This document shows positions 1 through 11,191 of a stretch of 61,742 bases of DNA, one piece after another (the stretch's first letter is position 1; the number at the start of each line of letters is the position of its first letter). The notes under the pieces were generated by a model. That model was not told where the DNA came from and did no database searches. It saw nothing but the letters and a program-made list of their open reading frames with translations. This DNA is from a bacterium (GTDB lineage: Bacteria; Eisenbacteria; RBG-16-71-46). The stretch spans positions 1-61,742 of the forward strand of contig JBJTRI010000083.1 of the NCBI GenBank assembly GCA_046076045.1, read 5' to 3'. The position numbers and the translations under genes were made by a program.

Positions 1-378
1 GCCGTGCCCCGCTCGTACCGCGAGGCCTCGCTCGGGCTCGGGGCGAGCGCGTGGCAGACCGCCTGGCACGTCTCGCTGCCCGCGGCCTCGGCCGGCGTGG
101 CCGCCGGCGTGCTGCTGGGGCTCGCGCGCGCGGTCGGGGAGACCATGATCGTGCTCATGGCCTCGGGCAACGCGGCCATCCACTCGGCCGACCCGTTCGA
201 CTCGGTGCGCACCCTGTCCGCCAGCATCGCGGCCGAATTGGCCGAGGTCGTCGTGGGCAGCCCGCACTACTCGACCCTGTTCTTCCTCGGGGCCCTGCTC
301 TTCACCGTGACGTTCCTCATCAACGTGGCGGCGGGTGCGTTCGTGGAGCGGCTGCGCAAGCGGCTGGCGGGCTCATGA
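1..378 (+). CDS. pstC: Phosphate ABC transporter permease PstC (5' truncated by window edge)
   Basis: EAA-like loop REASLGLGA and ARAVGETMIVLMASGN motif; first gene of a pstCAB-phoU run; ATGA overlap with next gene. Confidence 0.93.
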   Translation, partial: AVPRSYREASLGLGASAWQTAWHVSLPAASAGVAAGVLLGLARAVGETMIVLMASGNAAIHSADPFDSVRTLSASIAAELAEVVVGSPHYSTLFFLGALLFTVTFLINVAAGAFVERLRKRLAGS

Positions 379-1334
379 GCGCGATCGACCCGGCGCGCCC
401 CGTGGCCACGACCGCGCCGTGGGCGGCGCGCGGCCGTCGCTTCGACCTCGCGGGGGCGTCGTTCACCGCGCTCTCGGGGTTCGCGGCCCTGCTCATCGTG
501 CTCATGGTCGCCGTCATCCTGGGCGACATCGCATGGAACGGCTGGAGCACCGTGACGTGGGAGTTCCTCGCCGGGAAGCCGCGCAACGGCATGACCGAGG
601 GCGGCATCTTCCCGGCCCTCTACGGCACCGTGCTGCTCGTCGTGCTCATGGTGATCGCGCTGGTGCCGTTCGGCGTCGGCGCGGCGGTGTGGCTGCACCT
701 TTACGCCAACCAGGACGCGTGGTTCACGCGCGCGGTGCGGTTCGCGGTCCACAACCTGGCGGGCGTGCCGAGCATCGTGTACGGCCTGTTCGGTCTCGGG
801 TTCTTCATCCAGTTCATCGGCCGCGAGATGGATCGCGCCATGGGACTCGACGTGGTGTGGGGGCAGCCCGCGCTCATCTGGGCCTCCCTCACGTTGGCCC
901 TGCTCAACCTGCCGGTCGTCATCGTCACCACCGAGGAGGCCCTGCGCACCGTGGCGCGCGACCAGCGCGAGGCCTCGCTCGCGCTCGGTGCGACGCGTTG
1001 GCAGACGGTGCGGCACGTGCTCCTGCCCCAGGCCATGCCGGGTATCCTCACCGGCGCCATCCTCGCGGTCGCCCGCGGGGCTGGCGAGGTCGCGCCCATC
1101 CTGTTCACCGGCGCCGCGTACTTCCTGCCGTTCCTGCCCATGCTGCCCACCGACCAGTTCATGGAGCTGGGCTACCACATCTTCGTGCTCGCGACGCAGT
1201 CCCCCGACGTGGACGCCACGCGACCGCTGTTGTACGGCACCGTGCTGGTGCTGCTGCTCCTGACGTTCCTGTTGAACCTGACCGCCATCCTGCTGCGCGC
1301 CCGGCTGCGCGCCCGCTTGATGGGGAGAGGCTGA
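375..1334 (+). CDS. pstA: Phosphate ABC transporter permease PstA
   Basis: [47 protein letters not shown] motifs; start placed at ATG 375 overlapping the pstC stop. Confidence 0.95.
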   Translation: MSAIDPARPVATTAPWAARGRRFDLAGASFTALSGFAALLIVLMVAVILGDIAWNGWSTVTWEFLAGKPRNGMTEGGIFPALYGTVLLVVLMVIALVPFGVGAAVWLHLYANQDAWFTRAVRFAVHNLAGVPSIVYGLFGLGFFIQFIGREMDRAMGLDVVWGQPALIWASLTLALLNLPVVIVTTEEALRTVARDQREASLALGATRWQTVRHVLLPQAMPGILTGAILAVARGAGEVAPILFTGAAYFLPFLPMLPTDQFMELGYHIFVLATQSPDVDATRPLLYGTVLVLLLLTFLLNLTAILLRARLRARLMGRG

Positions 1335-1335
1335 C

Positions 1336-2172
1336 GTGACCGTGGACACCCCTTCGACCCCCGTGCCGACCGCGCGGCCGATCGTGCCGCAGCGCGAATC
1401 GTCCGCGGGCCCGGCCGCGCCGGTGCGGCTCGCCGCGCGCGACTTCCACCTCCACTACGGGACGCACCACGCCCTCAAGGGCGTGTCGCTCGACATCCCC
1501 AGCGGCAGCGTGACCGCGATCATCGGGCCGTCGGGTTGCGGCAAGAGCACGCTGTTGCGCTCGTTCAACCGCATGAACGACCTCATCCCCGGCGTGACCA
1601 CGCGGGGCACGATGTCGGTGTCCGGGGTGGAGGTGTCCGCGCCCACCACCGACGTGGTCGAGTTGCGCCGCCGCGTCGGCATGGTGTTCCAGCGGCCGAA
1701 CCCGTTCCCCAAGAGCATCCTCGAGAACGTCGCGTTCGGGCTGCGCATGCTCGGCATGAAGGACCGCAACGAGATCGAGGAGCGCGTCGAGCGGAGCCTC
1801 AAGCGCGCCGCGCTGTGGGACGAGGTGAAGGACCGGCTCGACCGCTCGGCGCTCCAACTCTCGGGTGGCCAGCAGCAGCGCCTGTGCATCGCGCGCTGCC
1901 TCGCGGTGGACCCCGAGGTCATCCTCATGGACGAGCCCGCCTCGGCACTCGACCCGACCGCGACCGCGCGCATCGAGGAGCTCGTGCTCGAGCTCAAGGG
2001 CCGCTACACCATCGTCGTCGTCACCCACAACATGCAGCAGGCCGCCCGCATCTCCGACCTCACCGCCTTCATGCTGCAGGGCGAACTCGTCGAGTTCGAC
2101 GGCACGCGCAAGGTGTTCACGAGCCCCGGGCAGAAGCTGACCGAGGACTACATCACGGGCCGATTCGGCTGA
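1336..2172 (+). CDS. pstB: Phosphate ABC transporter ATP-binding protein PstB
   Basis: Walker [45 protein letters not shown]-terminal EDYITGRFG. Confidence 0.97.
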   Translation: MTVDTPSTPVPTARPIVPQRESSAGPAAPVRLAARDFHLHYGTHHALKGVSLDIPSGSVTAIIGPSGCGKSTLLRSFNRMNDLIPGVTTRGTMSVSGVEVSAPTTDVVELRRRVGMVFQRPNPFPKSILENVAFGLRMLGMKDRNEIEERVERSLKRAALWDEVKDRLDRSALQLSGGQQQRLCIARCLAVDPEVILMDEPASALDPTATARIEELVLELKGRYTIVVVTHNMQQAARISDLTAFMLQGELVEFDGTRKVFTSPGQKLTEDYITGRFG

Positions 2173-2218
2173 GCCGAGGCCCCTTCGGCGCGCTTCGTGG
2201 CGCGCGGGGAACCCCACC

Positions 2219-2902
2219 ATGCACCGTCACTTCGACGAGCAAATCGCGAACCTCAACGAGCAGCTGCTCCTCATGAGCGGCCGCTCCGAGAGCATCGTCC
2301 GCAAGGCCGTCGAGGCGCTCATGCGCCGCGACCCGGCTCTGGCCGACGAGGTGTTCGTGGACGACAAGGTCATCGATCGCATGGAGATCGACATCGAGGA
2401 GTCGTGCATCCAGCTCCTCGCGCTCCAGCAGCCGCTCGCTCGCGACCTGCGTCTCATCACCTCGGCGCTCAAGATCTCCAACGAGCTCGAGCGCGTGGGC
2501 GACCACGCCGTGAACATCGCGGGCTGCGCCAAAAGGTTGGCCGGCAAGGCCGCGGTGCGGCCCATCGCCGACCTCCCGGCGCTCGCGGAGCGCTCGATCG
2601 GCATGCTGCGTGACGCGCTCGACTCCTTCGTGCGCCGTGACCCCGAGGCGGCGCGTCAGTTGGTGAAGCGCGACGACGAGGTGGACGACCTCAACCGCCA
2701 CATGTTCGCCGAGCTGATGAGCCGCATGATCGCCGACCCCCAGCAGGTCGAGCGCTCCATGACGCTGGTGCTCGTGGGCCGCAACCTCGAACGCATCGGT
2801 GACCTCGCCACGAACATCGCCGAGGAGGTCGTGTTCATCGCCGAGGCACGCATCATCAAGCACCACGCCGACGAGGGCTTGGGCGAGTTCGACCGCACCT
2901 GA
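2219..2902 (+). CDS. phoU: Phosphate signalling complex protein PhoU
   Basis: Two PhoU repeats (ELERVGDHA; NLERIGDLATNIAE), LQQPLARDLR; follows pstB. Confidence 0.96.
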   Translation: MHRHFDEQIANLNEQLLLMSGRSESIVRKAVEALMRRDPALADEVFVDDKVIDRMEIDIEESCIQLLALQQPLARDLRLITSALKISNELERVGDHAVNIAGCAKRLAGKAAVRPIADLPALAERSIGMLRDALDSFVRRDPEAARQLVKRDDEVDDLNRHMFAELMSRMIADPQQVERSMTLVLVGRNLERIGDLATNIAEEVVFIAEARIIKHHADEGLGEFDRT

Positions 2903-2906
2903 GCGG

Positions 2907-4184
2907 TCAGTCGCGCGCGGGCCCCGGCATCACGACGGGGCGCCGCGTGTGACGCACGCGCGGCCACGCCGCGCGCAACCACAGGCCGATCGCCCCGACC
3001 GCCAGCGCGGCCGCCAGCGCGTGGAAGGTGGTGGCGCGTGCCGGGTCGGCGATGGGGCCGAGGGCGCGCACCAGCACCGCGAGCCCGAGTCCCGTGAGCA
3101 CGCGGCGCGACAGCACCACCCGCTCCTCGCTGCGGGCGTGGCCGCCGTGCGACACCACCACGCGCGTCCCGATGGAGAGGGTGAGCAGCGCGTAGCCGCC
3201 CACGAACGCGACGTGCCAGGCCTCGACCCGCCAGGCCGGCACCAGCGCGGCCGTGGTGAAGCCGATGGCCAGCGCGAACCCCGATGCCCGCAGCGCGCGC
3301 GACAGGCGGTCGGGGTCCGCGGGTGCGCGGTGGATCTTCCAGGCGAGCAGCGTGCCGGCGAGCACCGCGATCGCCCGCAGCACGCCGCCCGCGGTCCCGA
3401 GCCCCGCGAACTCCAGGTTGAGCGCGAGCACGAGCAGGGCGGCGATCGAGAGCGCGAACGCGCGCCGTCGCGGACGGTTCCCGGCCCGCGCGACCCCCAC
3501 GATCTCGAGCGGGTCCCGCACGCGCGAGAACGTGGGCACGAGCAGGCCTCCCAGCCCCAGCACGAGCGCCGGCAGCAGCCCCAGCGACACGCAGCGCATG
3601 CCGAGGCGGGCGGCCTGCGGCGGCAGCACGCCGACCTCGGAGAGCGCCTGCACGACCCCGCCCGCGATCCCCAGCGCCATGCCCGTGGCCACGAGCAGGA
3701 ACTCCTCGGGCGGTGCGGCGGCCCCGGGCCGGACGCGACGCAGCACCGCGAGCGCGGGCACGAGCAGGGTGGCGAGGAACGCGAACGCGGCCCCGGGAAC
3801 ACCGAGCACGCGCATCACCACGAACGCGCCGCACGTCCCGGCGGCGGTCAGCACCTCGCGTCGCGAGGCGCGCGGGCCGTGCGTGAACGCGGGCATCGCG
3901 GTGAGCAGGAAGCCCGCCACGAACGCGGCCTCGAAGCCCTGCACCATGAGCGAGGGGTGCGAGAGCCCGGGCCAGCCCGGATGCAGCGCGCGCGGCCACC
4001 ACGGTTGAGCGGCGAACGGCAGCAGCATCCACGGCACCAGCGCCGCGATCGCGGCCACGGCGCCGATGGGGAACAGTACGCGGTAGGCGTCCACGCCCTC
4101 GCCGGGCCCGGCCGGGGCCTGCGGTCGCACCTCGTCTCGTCGCACCAGTTCCATGCGGTCGGCTCCGGGGCCTTCGCCCCTCAC
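2907..4184 (-). CDS. NnrS-family multi-pass membrane protein
   Basis: N-terminal YRVLFPIG, H...M..GF...GFLLTAMPAF, HVAFVGG and TRVVVSHGGH motifs as in NnrS; many TM segments; start is either GTG 4184 (overlapping upstream stop) or ATG 4154. Confidence 0.75.
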   Translation of the reverse strand: MRGEGPGADRMELVRRDEVRPQAPAGPGEGVDAYRVLFPIGAVAAIAALVPWMLLPFAAQPWWPRALHPGWPGLSHPSLMVQGFEAAFVAGFLLTAMPAFTHGPRASRREVLTAAGTCGAFVVMRVLGVPGAAFAFLATLLVPALAVLRRVRPGAAAPPEEFLLVATGMALGIAGGVVQALSEVGVLPPQAARLGMRCVSLGLLPALVLGLGGLLVPTFSRVRDPLEIVGVARAGNRPRRRAFALSIAALLVLALNLEFAGLGTAGGVLRAIAVLAGTLLAWKIHRAPADPDRLSRALRASGFALAIGFTTAALVPAWRVEAWHVAFVGGYALLTLSIGTRVVVSHGGHARSEERVVLSRRVLTGLGLAVLVRALGPIADPARATTFHALAAALAVGAIGLWLRAAWPRVRHTRRPVVMPGPARD

Positions 4185-5292
4185 TCCAGCGTCTTCGAGA
4201 AGCGCCGGGTGGCGAACACGAAGAACGCGACCGCGAACCCCGCGAGCGCGAGCATCTGCGGCCAGAGTTGGAGCAGGCCGTTGCCCTTGAGCACGATGCC
4301 GCGGATGAGTTGCAGGTAGTAGGTGAGCGGCAGCAGCGCGCCCACCGCCTGCGCCGCGGCCGGCATGGCCTCGCGCGGGAACATGAAGCCCGACAACAGC
4401 ACGTTGGGCAACAGGAACAGGAACGCGGTCTGCGTGACCTGCGCCTGGTTGCGGCCGAGCGTGCTGATGAACAGCCCGAGCCCGAGGTTCGCCACGATGA
4501 ACAGGAACGACGCGCCGTAGAGCGCCAGCAGCGGGCCGCGCACGGGGACGTGGAACACGGTCGCGCCCACGACGAGCACGGTCGTCATCTGCACGTAGCC
4601 CACGAGCACGTAGGGCGCGATCTTGCCGATCATGATCTCCCAGCGCGCGAGCGGGGTGACGATGAGTTGCTCGAGGGTGCCGGTCTCGCGCTCGCGCACG
4701 ATGGAGAGCGCGGTGATGATGATGAGGATGTTCGAGAGGATCATGCCGATGATGCCCGGCACGATGAACACCGCGCTGCGGAGCGCGGGGTTGTAGAGCG
4801 GCCGCACGCGCACGTCCACGGGTGGCTGCACGCCGCCCCCGCGGCGCGCGAGTTGTTCGAGGTTGGTGCGCTGGCCCACCAACTGGGCCGCGCCAATGGC
4901 GGCCTGCGAGGCCGTGGGGTCACTGGCGTCCACCAGCACCTGCACGGTGGTGGGCCGGCCGCGCGCGAGGTCGCGGGCGTACGACGGCGGGATGACGATC
5001 GCGGCGCGTGCCCGCCCGGCGTCCACCTCGGCGACGGCGGCGGCGTAGGACCCGACCTGCGGGCCCGCCCGGAAGTTGCCGGTCGCGAGCAGCTTCTCGA
5101 CGAACGCGCGGCTCTGCGCGGTGCGGCTCTCGTCGAGCACCACGGTGGGCAGGTGCCGCACCTCGGTGCGGATCGCGAACCCGAAGATGAGGAGCTGCAT
5201 GACCGGCACGATCAGCATGAGCCGCAGCGTCGCGGGGTCGCGCCGCATCTGCACGAACTCCTTCATCACCATGGTGCGGACGCGTTCGAGGT

Positions 5293-5296
<4 letters not shown>
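4181..5296 (-). CDS. ABC-2 type exporter permease (YbhR/YbhS-like)
   Basis: KEFVQMRRD, LIFGFAI, IVRERETGTLEQLIVTP, LLSGFMFPREAMP; GTG 5296 overlaps the ATPase stop. Confidence 0.92.
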
Positions 5297-6032
<736 letters not shown>

Positions 6033-6036
<4 letters not shown>

Positions 6037-7001
6037 GGTGCGGGGAGGATGCGCACGTCGGCGGGCAGGCCCGCCTTGAGCGAGCCCGCGGAGCGCGCGA
6101 TCGCCAGCTTCACCGCGAACACGAGGTTCGCCTGCTCCTCCTCGGTGAGCGCGGCGCGCGGCGTGTACTCGGCCTCGTGCGCGATGCTCAGGACGCGCGC
6201 CGGGTAGGGCTTGCTCCCCCCGATGGGGGTGACCTCGGCGGCGGCGCCGAGCCGCACCTGCTCCAGGCGCGGGGCGGCCACGTACACGTGCATCCACAGC
6301 GAGTCGGGGTCGCCGAGCGTGAGCACGGGCACCGCGGGCGCGACGAGCTCGCCGGTCTGGTGCGTGACGAGCAGCACCACGCCGTCGCGCGGCGCGGTGA
6401 GCACGAGCTCGCTCGCACGACTGCGCGCCCCGGCCAACTGTGCGAGTGCGGCGGCCGCACCCTGGCGAGCGGCGGTCACCTGCTGGCGCCGGTAGCCCTC
6501 CTCCTGCAACTCGACCTGCTCGCGGGCAGCGGTGGCGCGCGCCTCGGCGGCGTCACGCGCGGTGCGCGCGCGATCGAGGTCGGCCTGCGCGGCGACGCCG
6601 CTGCGCACCAGGGTCTCGGTGCGCTCGAACGACAGGCGCGCGAGCCGCAGTTCCGCGTCGGCGGCGCGCCACTGCTCACGCGCGATCACGAGCTCCGCGG
6701 GGCGCGAGCCCTGCTGCAGGTCGCGCGCCTGCGACTCGGCGCGCTCGGCCTGCGCGGCCTGGGCCGCGACCTCGGCCGCGACCTCGCCGCGGTCGAGCAC
6801 GGCGAGCGTGTCGCCGGCGTGCACGGTGTCGCCTTCGGCGACCGCGAGCCGCACGAGTCGGCCCCCGACCAGCGACGAGACGTCGATCTCGTCCATCTCG
6901 ATCGTGCCGGAGCCGCGCACGCCGGTGTCGCGCGCACAACCTGCCGCGAGAAGCGTGGCGAGGAGTAGGACGCGGACCGCGACCGGCGCGACCCGGGTCA
7001 T
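6033..7001 (-). CDS. HlyD-family periplasmic adaptor (YbhG-like), probable lipoprotein
   Basis: Lipobox LAAGC, SGTIE, lipoyl-like halves (VAEGDTVHAGD; LTAPRDGVV) around a coiled coil, AEYTPR...LVFAVKL. Confidence 0.9.
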
Positions 7002-7002
7002 C

Positions 7003-7848
7003 TCACTGACGGACGTCGGGCAGGAGCAGGTCGATGCGACCCACGAGCGCGGCGCGCAGCGCCGACGGATCCGCGAGTCCGGCCGCACGCACGGCGTCCG
7101 GCGGCGCGGCGCCCTCGAGCGCCGAGGCCGGCACCACCTCGAGTCGTCCCGCCGCGCGCACCACGTAGGCCGCCGTGGCGTCCACCGCGTCGAGCGGCTC
7201 GCGCGTGACCACCGCGAGGTAGCCCGCGGGCAGTCCGGTGACGCGCGCCGCCTGCGTGGCGTCGAGCGGGAACGCGAACGGACGACGCAGGCGCGCGAAG
7301 CGCTCGCGCGCGAGCGCGGCGTCGTGGCCGTAGAGCGAGGGGTCGAGGCTCAACTGGTTCACCACCGACTCGGCGCCGGGACGCACGCCATCACCGGGAT
7401 CGACCGCGCTGTTGAGCACCGGCACACGCAGACGGCCGGGCGCGGCATCGGCGGCCTCGCCGGTCGCGCTGCCCGAGCTCGCGCCGTGCTCGGCGTCGGT
7501 GCGCTCGAAGCCCGAACGCAGACGCTCCCACGCTCCCAGCATGGCCTCGTGATCGGCGCGACCGTTGCGGCCGCGGCTCTTCACGCGCGCCCACGCGCGG
7601 TACACCTGCTCGTACGCGCCGTCACCGAGCGCGTTCGCGATGCGCACCGCGACGTCCTCGCCAGGCACCTTGCGACCGTGTTCGATGTTGAACAGGAACG
7701 AGGTCGCGAGCCCGCCCGCGGCATCCGAGAGCTTCTTGTACGACAGGCCCTGCGAGATGCGCAGCTGACGGATGCGGAGCGCGACCGGATCGTCCGCGAG
7801 AGCGGGCGGTGCGGTCGCCGGGGCCGGAGTGGTGAGGGTGTCGTTCAT
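7003..7848 (-). CDS. XRE-family HTH regulator with a degenerate LexA/CI-like C-terminal domain
   Basis: LRIRQLRISQGLSYKKLS...FLFNIEHGRKVP HTH; C-terminal RVPVL...FAF...GYLAVV...YVVR pattern of S24 domains without GDSM. Confidence 0.75.
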   Translation of the reverse strand: MNDTLTTPAPATAPPALADDPVALRIRQLRISQGLSYKKLSDAAGGLATSFLFNIEHGRKVPGEDVAVRIANALGDGAYEQVYRAWARVKSRGRNGRADHEAMLGAWERLRSGFERTDAEHGASSGSATGEAADAAPGRLRVPVLNSAVDPGDGVRPGAESVVNQLSLDPSLYGHDAALARERFARLRRPFAFPLDATQAARVTGLPAGYLAVVTREPLDAVDATAAYVVRAAGRLEVVPASALEGAAPPDAVRAAGLADPSALRAALVGRIDLLLPDVRQ

Positions 7849-7940
7849 GGACAGCAAGCTAGCGCGTTCTCCCGCGAGGTGCCAATTGTGAATCACCCAC
7901 GGGGGTCCATCGGGTACCACCCATGGCCCGGGGTGCCCGC

Positions 7941-8203
7941 CCGGACCCGGTCGCGCCCGGGTGCCGGAACCGCTCGCGCCCGGGCGCCCGAACCGCCCCG
8001 CCCGCGTCCGCGTTCTGAACTACCCTCACTAGCGACCCGGGGCCCGAACCGTTCCGTTCGCGTCCATATCCCCGAACCGCCCCACCCGCGTCGCCCGAGC
8101 CCGCCCGCCTGCGTCCGTGTCCCGCGCCCGCCCGCCCGCGTCCGAGTCCCGAACCACCCCACCCGCGCCAGGTGTCCCTGCGCCCGCTCACGCGCGTCCG
8201 TGT
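7941..8203. repeat. Degenerate tandem array, ~10 units of 23-29 bp, consensus approx. CCCGAACCGCCCCGCCCGCGTCCGTGT
   Basis: Units start near 7941, 7964, 7987, 8014, 8043, 8071, 8094, 8121, 8148 and 8176; head-to-tail with no unique spacers. Confidence 0.75.
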
Positions 8204-8302
8204 CCCCGGCCCGCCCTCCGGTGGTGGCCGCTTGAGCGCTTGCCGCGCCTGTCCCACAGTCCTGTGGCGGTTCCTGCCACCCGTCCACTCCTCGGAGGTC
8301 CC

Positions 8303-9676
8303 ATGTCGCGCCGCATCCTCCCGCTCCTGCTCCTCGCCGTCGCGCTCGCCGTTCCCGCGGCCGCCGCGCCGCGGGCCGCGTCCCCGACCGCGCCCGCGCT
8401 CACGCCCGAGTCGTGGCCGGTCGAGCGCTACACGCTCGACAACGGCATCACCGTGATCCTGCGTCAGGACCGCACCGTGCCCGCGGTCTGCTTCTGGCAG
8501 TGGTTCAAGGTCGGTTCGCGCAACGAGCGCCAGGGCATCACCGGTCTGTCGCACTTCTTCGAGCACATGATGTTCAACGGTTCGCGCAACGTGCCGCCCA
8601 AGGAGTACGACCGGCGGCTCGAGTCGCGCGGCGCCTACTCGAACGCGTTCACGAGCTACGACATGACCGCGTACTACGAGGAGGGTGGCCCCGACGCGCT
8701 CGACACCATGATGGAGCTCGACTCGGATCGCATGCGCGAGTTGCTCATGGAGCCTGCGATCCTCAAGAGCGAGGTCGAGGTCGTGCGCGAGGAGCGCCGC
8801 TTCCGCACCGACAACTCGGTCTCAGGGCTGCTCGACGAGGCGCTGTACACGACCGCATTCCAGGCCTCGCCCTACGGCTGGCCCGTCGTGGGTTACATGA
8901 AGGACCTCGAGCGCATCACGCGCGACGAGATGCTGGAGTACTTCCGCACCTACTACGCGCCCAACAACTGCATCCTGGTGCTCGTGGGCGACTTCGACGT
9001 CGCGCACGCCAAGGCGCGCATCCAGCACTGGTTCGGCTCGCTGCCCGCGCAGACGCCGCCGCCCGCACCGGTCAACAGCGAACCCGAGCAGAAGGGCGAG
9101 CGTCGCGCCGAGGTGCGGCATCCGGCCGAGAACGTGTCGTTCGCGGTCGGCTACAAGGCACCCGGCGTGAAGAGCGACGACCAGTGGACGCTCGACGTCC
9201 TCTCGCTCGTGCTCGCCGGCGGTGAGTCGTCGCGCCTGCACCAGGCGCTCGTCTACGACCAGCAGATCGCGCTCTCGGCCAACGCCGGCTACCGCGCCGG
9301 GCTCGAGCCGGGTCTGTTCGAGTTCTTCGTCGAGCTCAAGCCGGGCCAGGAGCTGGCCGCGGGCGAGCGCGCGCTGTACGCCGAGATCGAGCGGCTCGCG
9401 AAGGAGGGCCCGAGCGAGCGCGAGCTGCAGAAGGCGCGCAACCAGGCCGAGGCGCAGTTCGTGCAGAACCTCAAGACCAACAACGGCGCCGGTCGCACGC
9501 TCGGCTTCTACGAGCACGTACACGGCGACTACCGCAGGATGTTCGGGGCGATCGAGCGCTACCGCGCCGTGACCGCCGAGGACTGCCGCCGCGTCGCGCG
9601 CGAGGTGTTCGACTCGCAGCGCCGCACGGTCGCGTTCCTGACGCCGCTCGAAGTGGGGAAGGAGGCCCAGCGATGA
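8303..9676 (+). CDS. M16 (pitrilysin-family) zinc peptidase, catalytic subunit, secreted
   Basis: Signal peptide; HFFEH (HXXEH), NAFT, EVEVVREERR; GGAGG RBS before ATG 8303. Confidence 0.92.
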   Translation: MSRRILPLLLLAVALAVPAAAAPRAASPTAPALTPESWPVERYTLDNGITVILRQDRTVPAVCFWQWFKVGSRNERQGITGLSHFFEHMMFNGSRNVPPKEYDRRLESRGAYSNAFTSYDMTAYYEEGGPDALDTMMELDSDRMRELLMEPAILKSEVEVVREERRFRTDNSVSGLLDEALYTTAFQASPYGWPVVGYMKDLERITRDEMLEYFRTYYAPNNCILVLVGDFDVAHAKARIQHWFGSLPAQTPPPAPVNSEPEQKGERRAEVRHPAENVSFAVGYKAPGVKSDDQWTLDVLSLVLAGGESSRLHQALVYDQQIALSANAGYRAGLEPGLFEFFVELKPGQELAAGERALYAEIERLAKEGPSERELQKARNQAEAQFVQNLKTNNGAGRTLGFYEHVHGDYRRMFGAIERYRAVTAEDCRRVAREVFDSQRRTVAFLTPLEVGKEAQR

Positions 9677-11082
9677 TCCGCCGCATCCTGTCGTCCGTCG
9701 TGTCGTGCGGCCTCGCCGTCGCGCTGCTGGCCGCCCCCGCCGCGGGGCAGTCGAGGACGGCCGCGAAGTCCGGGGGCGCGAGCGCGACCGTGCGCGCCAC
9801 GCTGCCCAACGGTCTGCGCGTCGTCATCGTGCCGTCCTCCCGCCTGCCGCTCGTGGACCTGCGCCTCGTGGCCCGCGCCGGTTCGGTGCAGGACCCCAAG
9901 GGCCGTGAGGGCCTCGCCCGCCTGACCGCCGACCTGCTCACGCAGGGCGCGGGGCCTCGTGGTGCGCAGGAGCTCGCCGAGGCCATCGAGTTCGTGGGCG
10001 GCGAGTTGTCCGCCACCGCGGGAGCCGAGCAGCTCACCGTGTCGTGCGAGGTGCTGGCCAAGGACCTGCCGCTCGGCCTCGAGTTGTTCCGCGACGTCGT
10101 CGTGTCGCCGTCGTTCGCGGCCGAGGAGTTCGCGCGCAAGAAGGACGAGACGCTGGGCGCCATCGCCTCGGCCAAGAGCGAGCCCTCGGTGGTCGCCGAG
10201 AACGCGCTGGCGCACTGGTTCTGGGGCGAGGGCAGTCCGCTCGCGCACCCGGCCATCGGTTGGGAGTCCGGGTTGTCGGCCGTCACGCGCGACGACGTGC
10301 TCGACTTCCATCGCCGTTTCGTCACGCCCGAGCGGTCGGTGCTCGTGGTGGTGGGGGCGGTCGAGCCCAGGGCGTTGCTCGTGTCGCTGCGGCGCGCGTT
10401 CGCGGGCTGGAAGCCCGGAGGCCCCGTGCCCGCGGCCGAGCCCTACGGACCGGCCTCGCCCACGCCGGGTCTCTCGATCCGCGTCGTGGACAAGCCCGAG
10501 CAGACCCAGTCGCAGATCCGCATGATCTGCCCGTCGGTGCCGCGCGGGCACCCGGACTGGTACGCGATCCAGGTCGCGAACACCATCCTGGGCGCGGGTT
10601 TCACGTCGCGGCTCGTGAACTCCATCCGCGTCGAGCAGGGCCTCACCTACAACATCAGCTCGCGGTTCCAGACCTATCGCGCGGCCGGGGCGTTCCGCAT
10701 CCAGACGTTCACGCGCAACGAGAAGCTGCGGAAGTGCGTGGACGCGGTGCTCGCCGAGGTCACGAAGCTGGTCGAGGAGGGCCCCACCACGGCCGAGCAC
10801 GACAAGGCGCGCAACTACCTGCGCGGCCAGTTCCCGCTCGGGCTGCAGTCGCCCGACGAGCTGGCGGGCGAGATCGCCGACGTCGAGTTCTTCGGCCTGC
10901 CGCAGGACTTCATCGCCCTTTACCCCGACCGCATCGCGGCGGTGTCGCTCGACGACGTGCGGCGCGTGCTGCGCACCCACTTCTGCACGAAGGACCTGCG
11001 CCTCCTCGTGGTCACGAATGGCGCGCTCGCCGCCAAGGAGCTCGAGGGGCTGGGGCCGATCGAGGTGAAGGCGATCGACTGA
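9673..11082 (+). CDS. M16 peptidase-like non-catalytic partner subunit, secreted
   Basis: LPNGLRV, GS..DP.G.EGLA fold motifs, HXXEH replaced by RLTAD; SRL...IR...GLTY motif; ATGA coupling with the catalytic gene. Confidence 0.88.
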   Translation: MIRRILSSVVSCGLAVALLAAPAAGQSRTAAKSGGASATVRATLPNGLRVVIVPSSRLPLVDLRLVARAGSVQDPKGREGLARLTADLLTQGAGPRGAQELAEAIEFVGGELSATAGAEQLTVSCEVLAKDLPLGLELFRDVVVSPSFAAEEFARKKDETLGAIASAKSEPSVVAENALAHWFWGEGSPLAHPAIGWESGLSAVTRDDVLDFHRRFVTPERSVLVVVGAVEPRALLVSLRRAFAGWKPGGPVPAAEPYGPASPTPGLSIRVVDKPEQTQSQIRMICPSVPRGHPDWYAIQVANTILGAGFTSRLVNSIRVEQGLTYNISSRFQTYRAAGAFRIQTFTRNEKLRKCVDAVLAEVTKLVEEGPTTAEHDKARNYLRGQFPLGLQSPDELAGEIADVEFFGLPQDFIALYPDRIAAVSLDDVRRVLRTHFCTKDLRLLVVTNGALAAKELEGLGPIEVKAID

Positions 11083-11111
11083 CGCCCGCGCACCCGGCTG
11101 GGCTAGGATGG

Positions 11112-11142
11112 GCGGCCCGGACCCCGCGTGGGTCCGGGCCGC
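11112..11142 (+). terminator. GC-rich hairpin after the M16 pair (possible terminator)
   Basis: 13-bp perfect stem GCGGCCCGGACCC/GGGTCCGGGCCGC, 5-nt loop; no U-tract. Confidence 0.5.
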
Positions 11143-11191
11143 ATCGCGTCCCACCCCGAACCGAGCCGGCCGCGCGCCGCACGAGGAGCCC

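Noticed and set aside
7941-8203. Possible CRISPR array
   Set aside because: Units are contiguous and degenerate with no unique spacers, and there are no cas genes in the window
9673-11082. Pseudogene call for the M16 protein lacking HXXEH
   Set aside because: Intact ORF; catalytic plus non-catalytic M16B heterodimer pairs are well known
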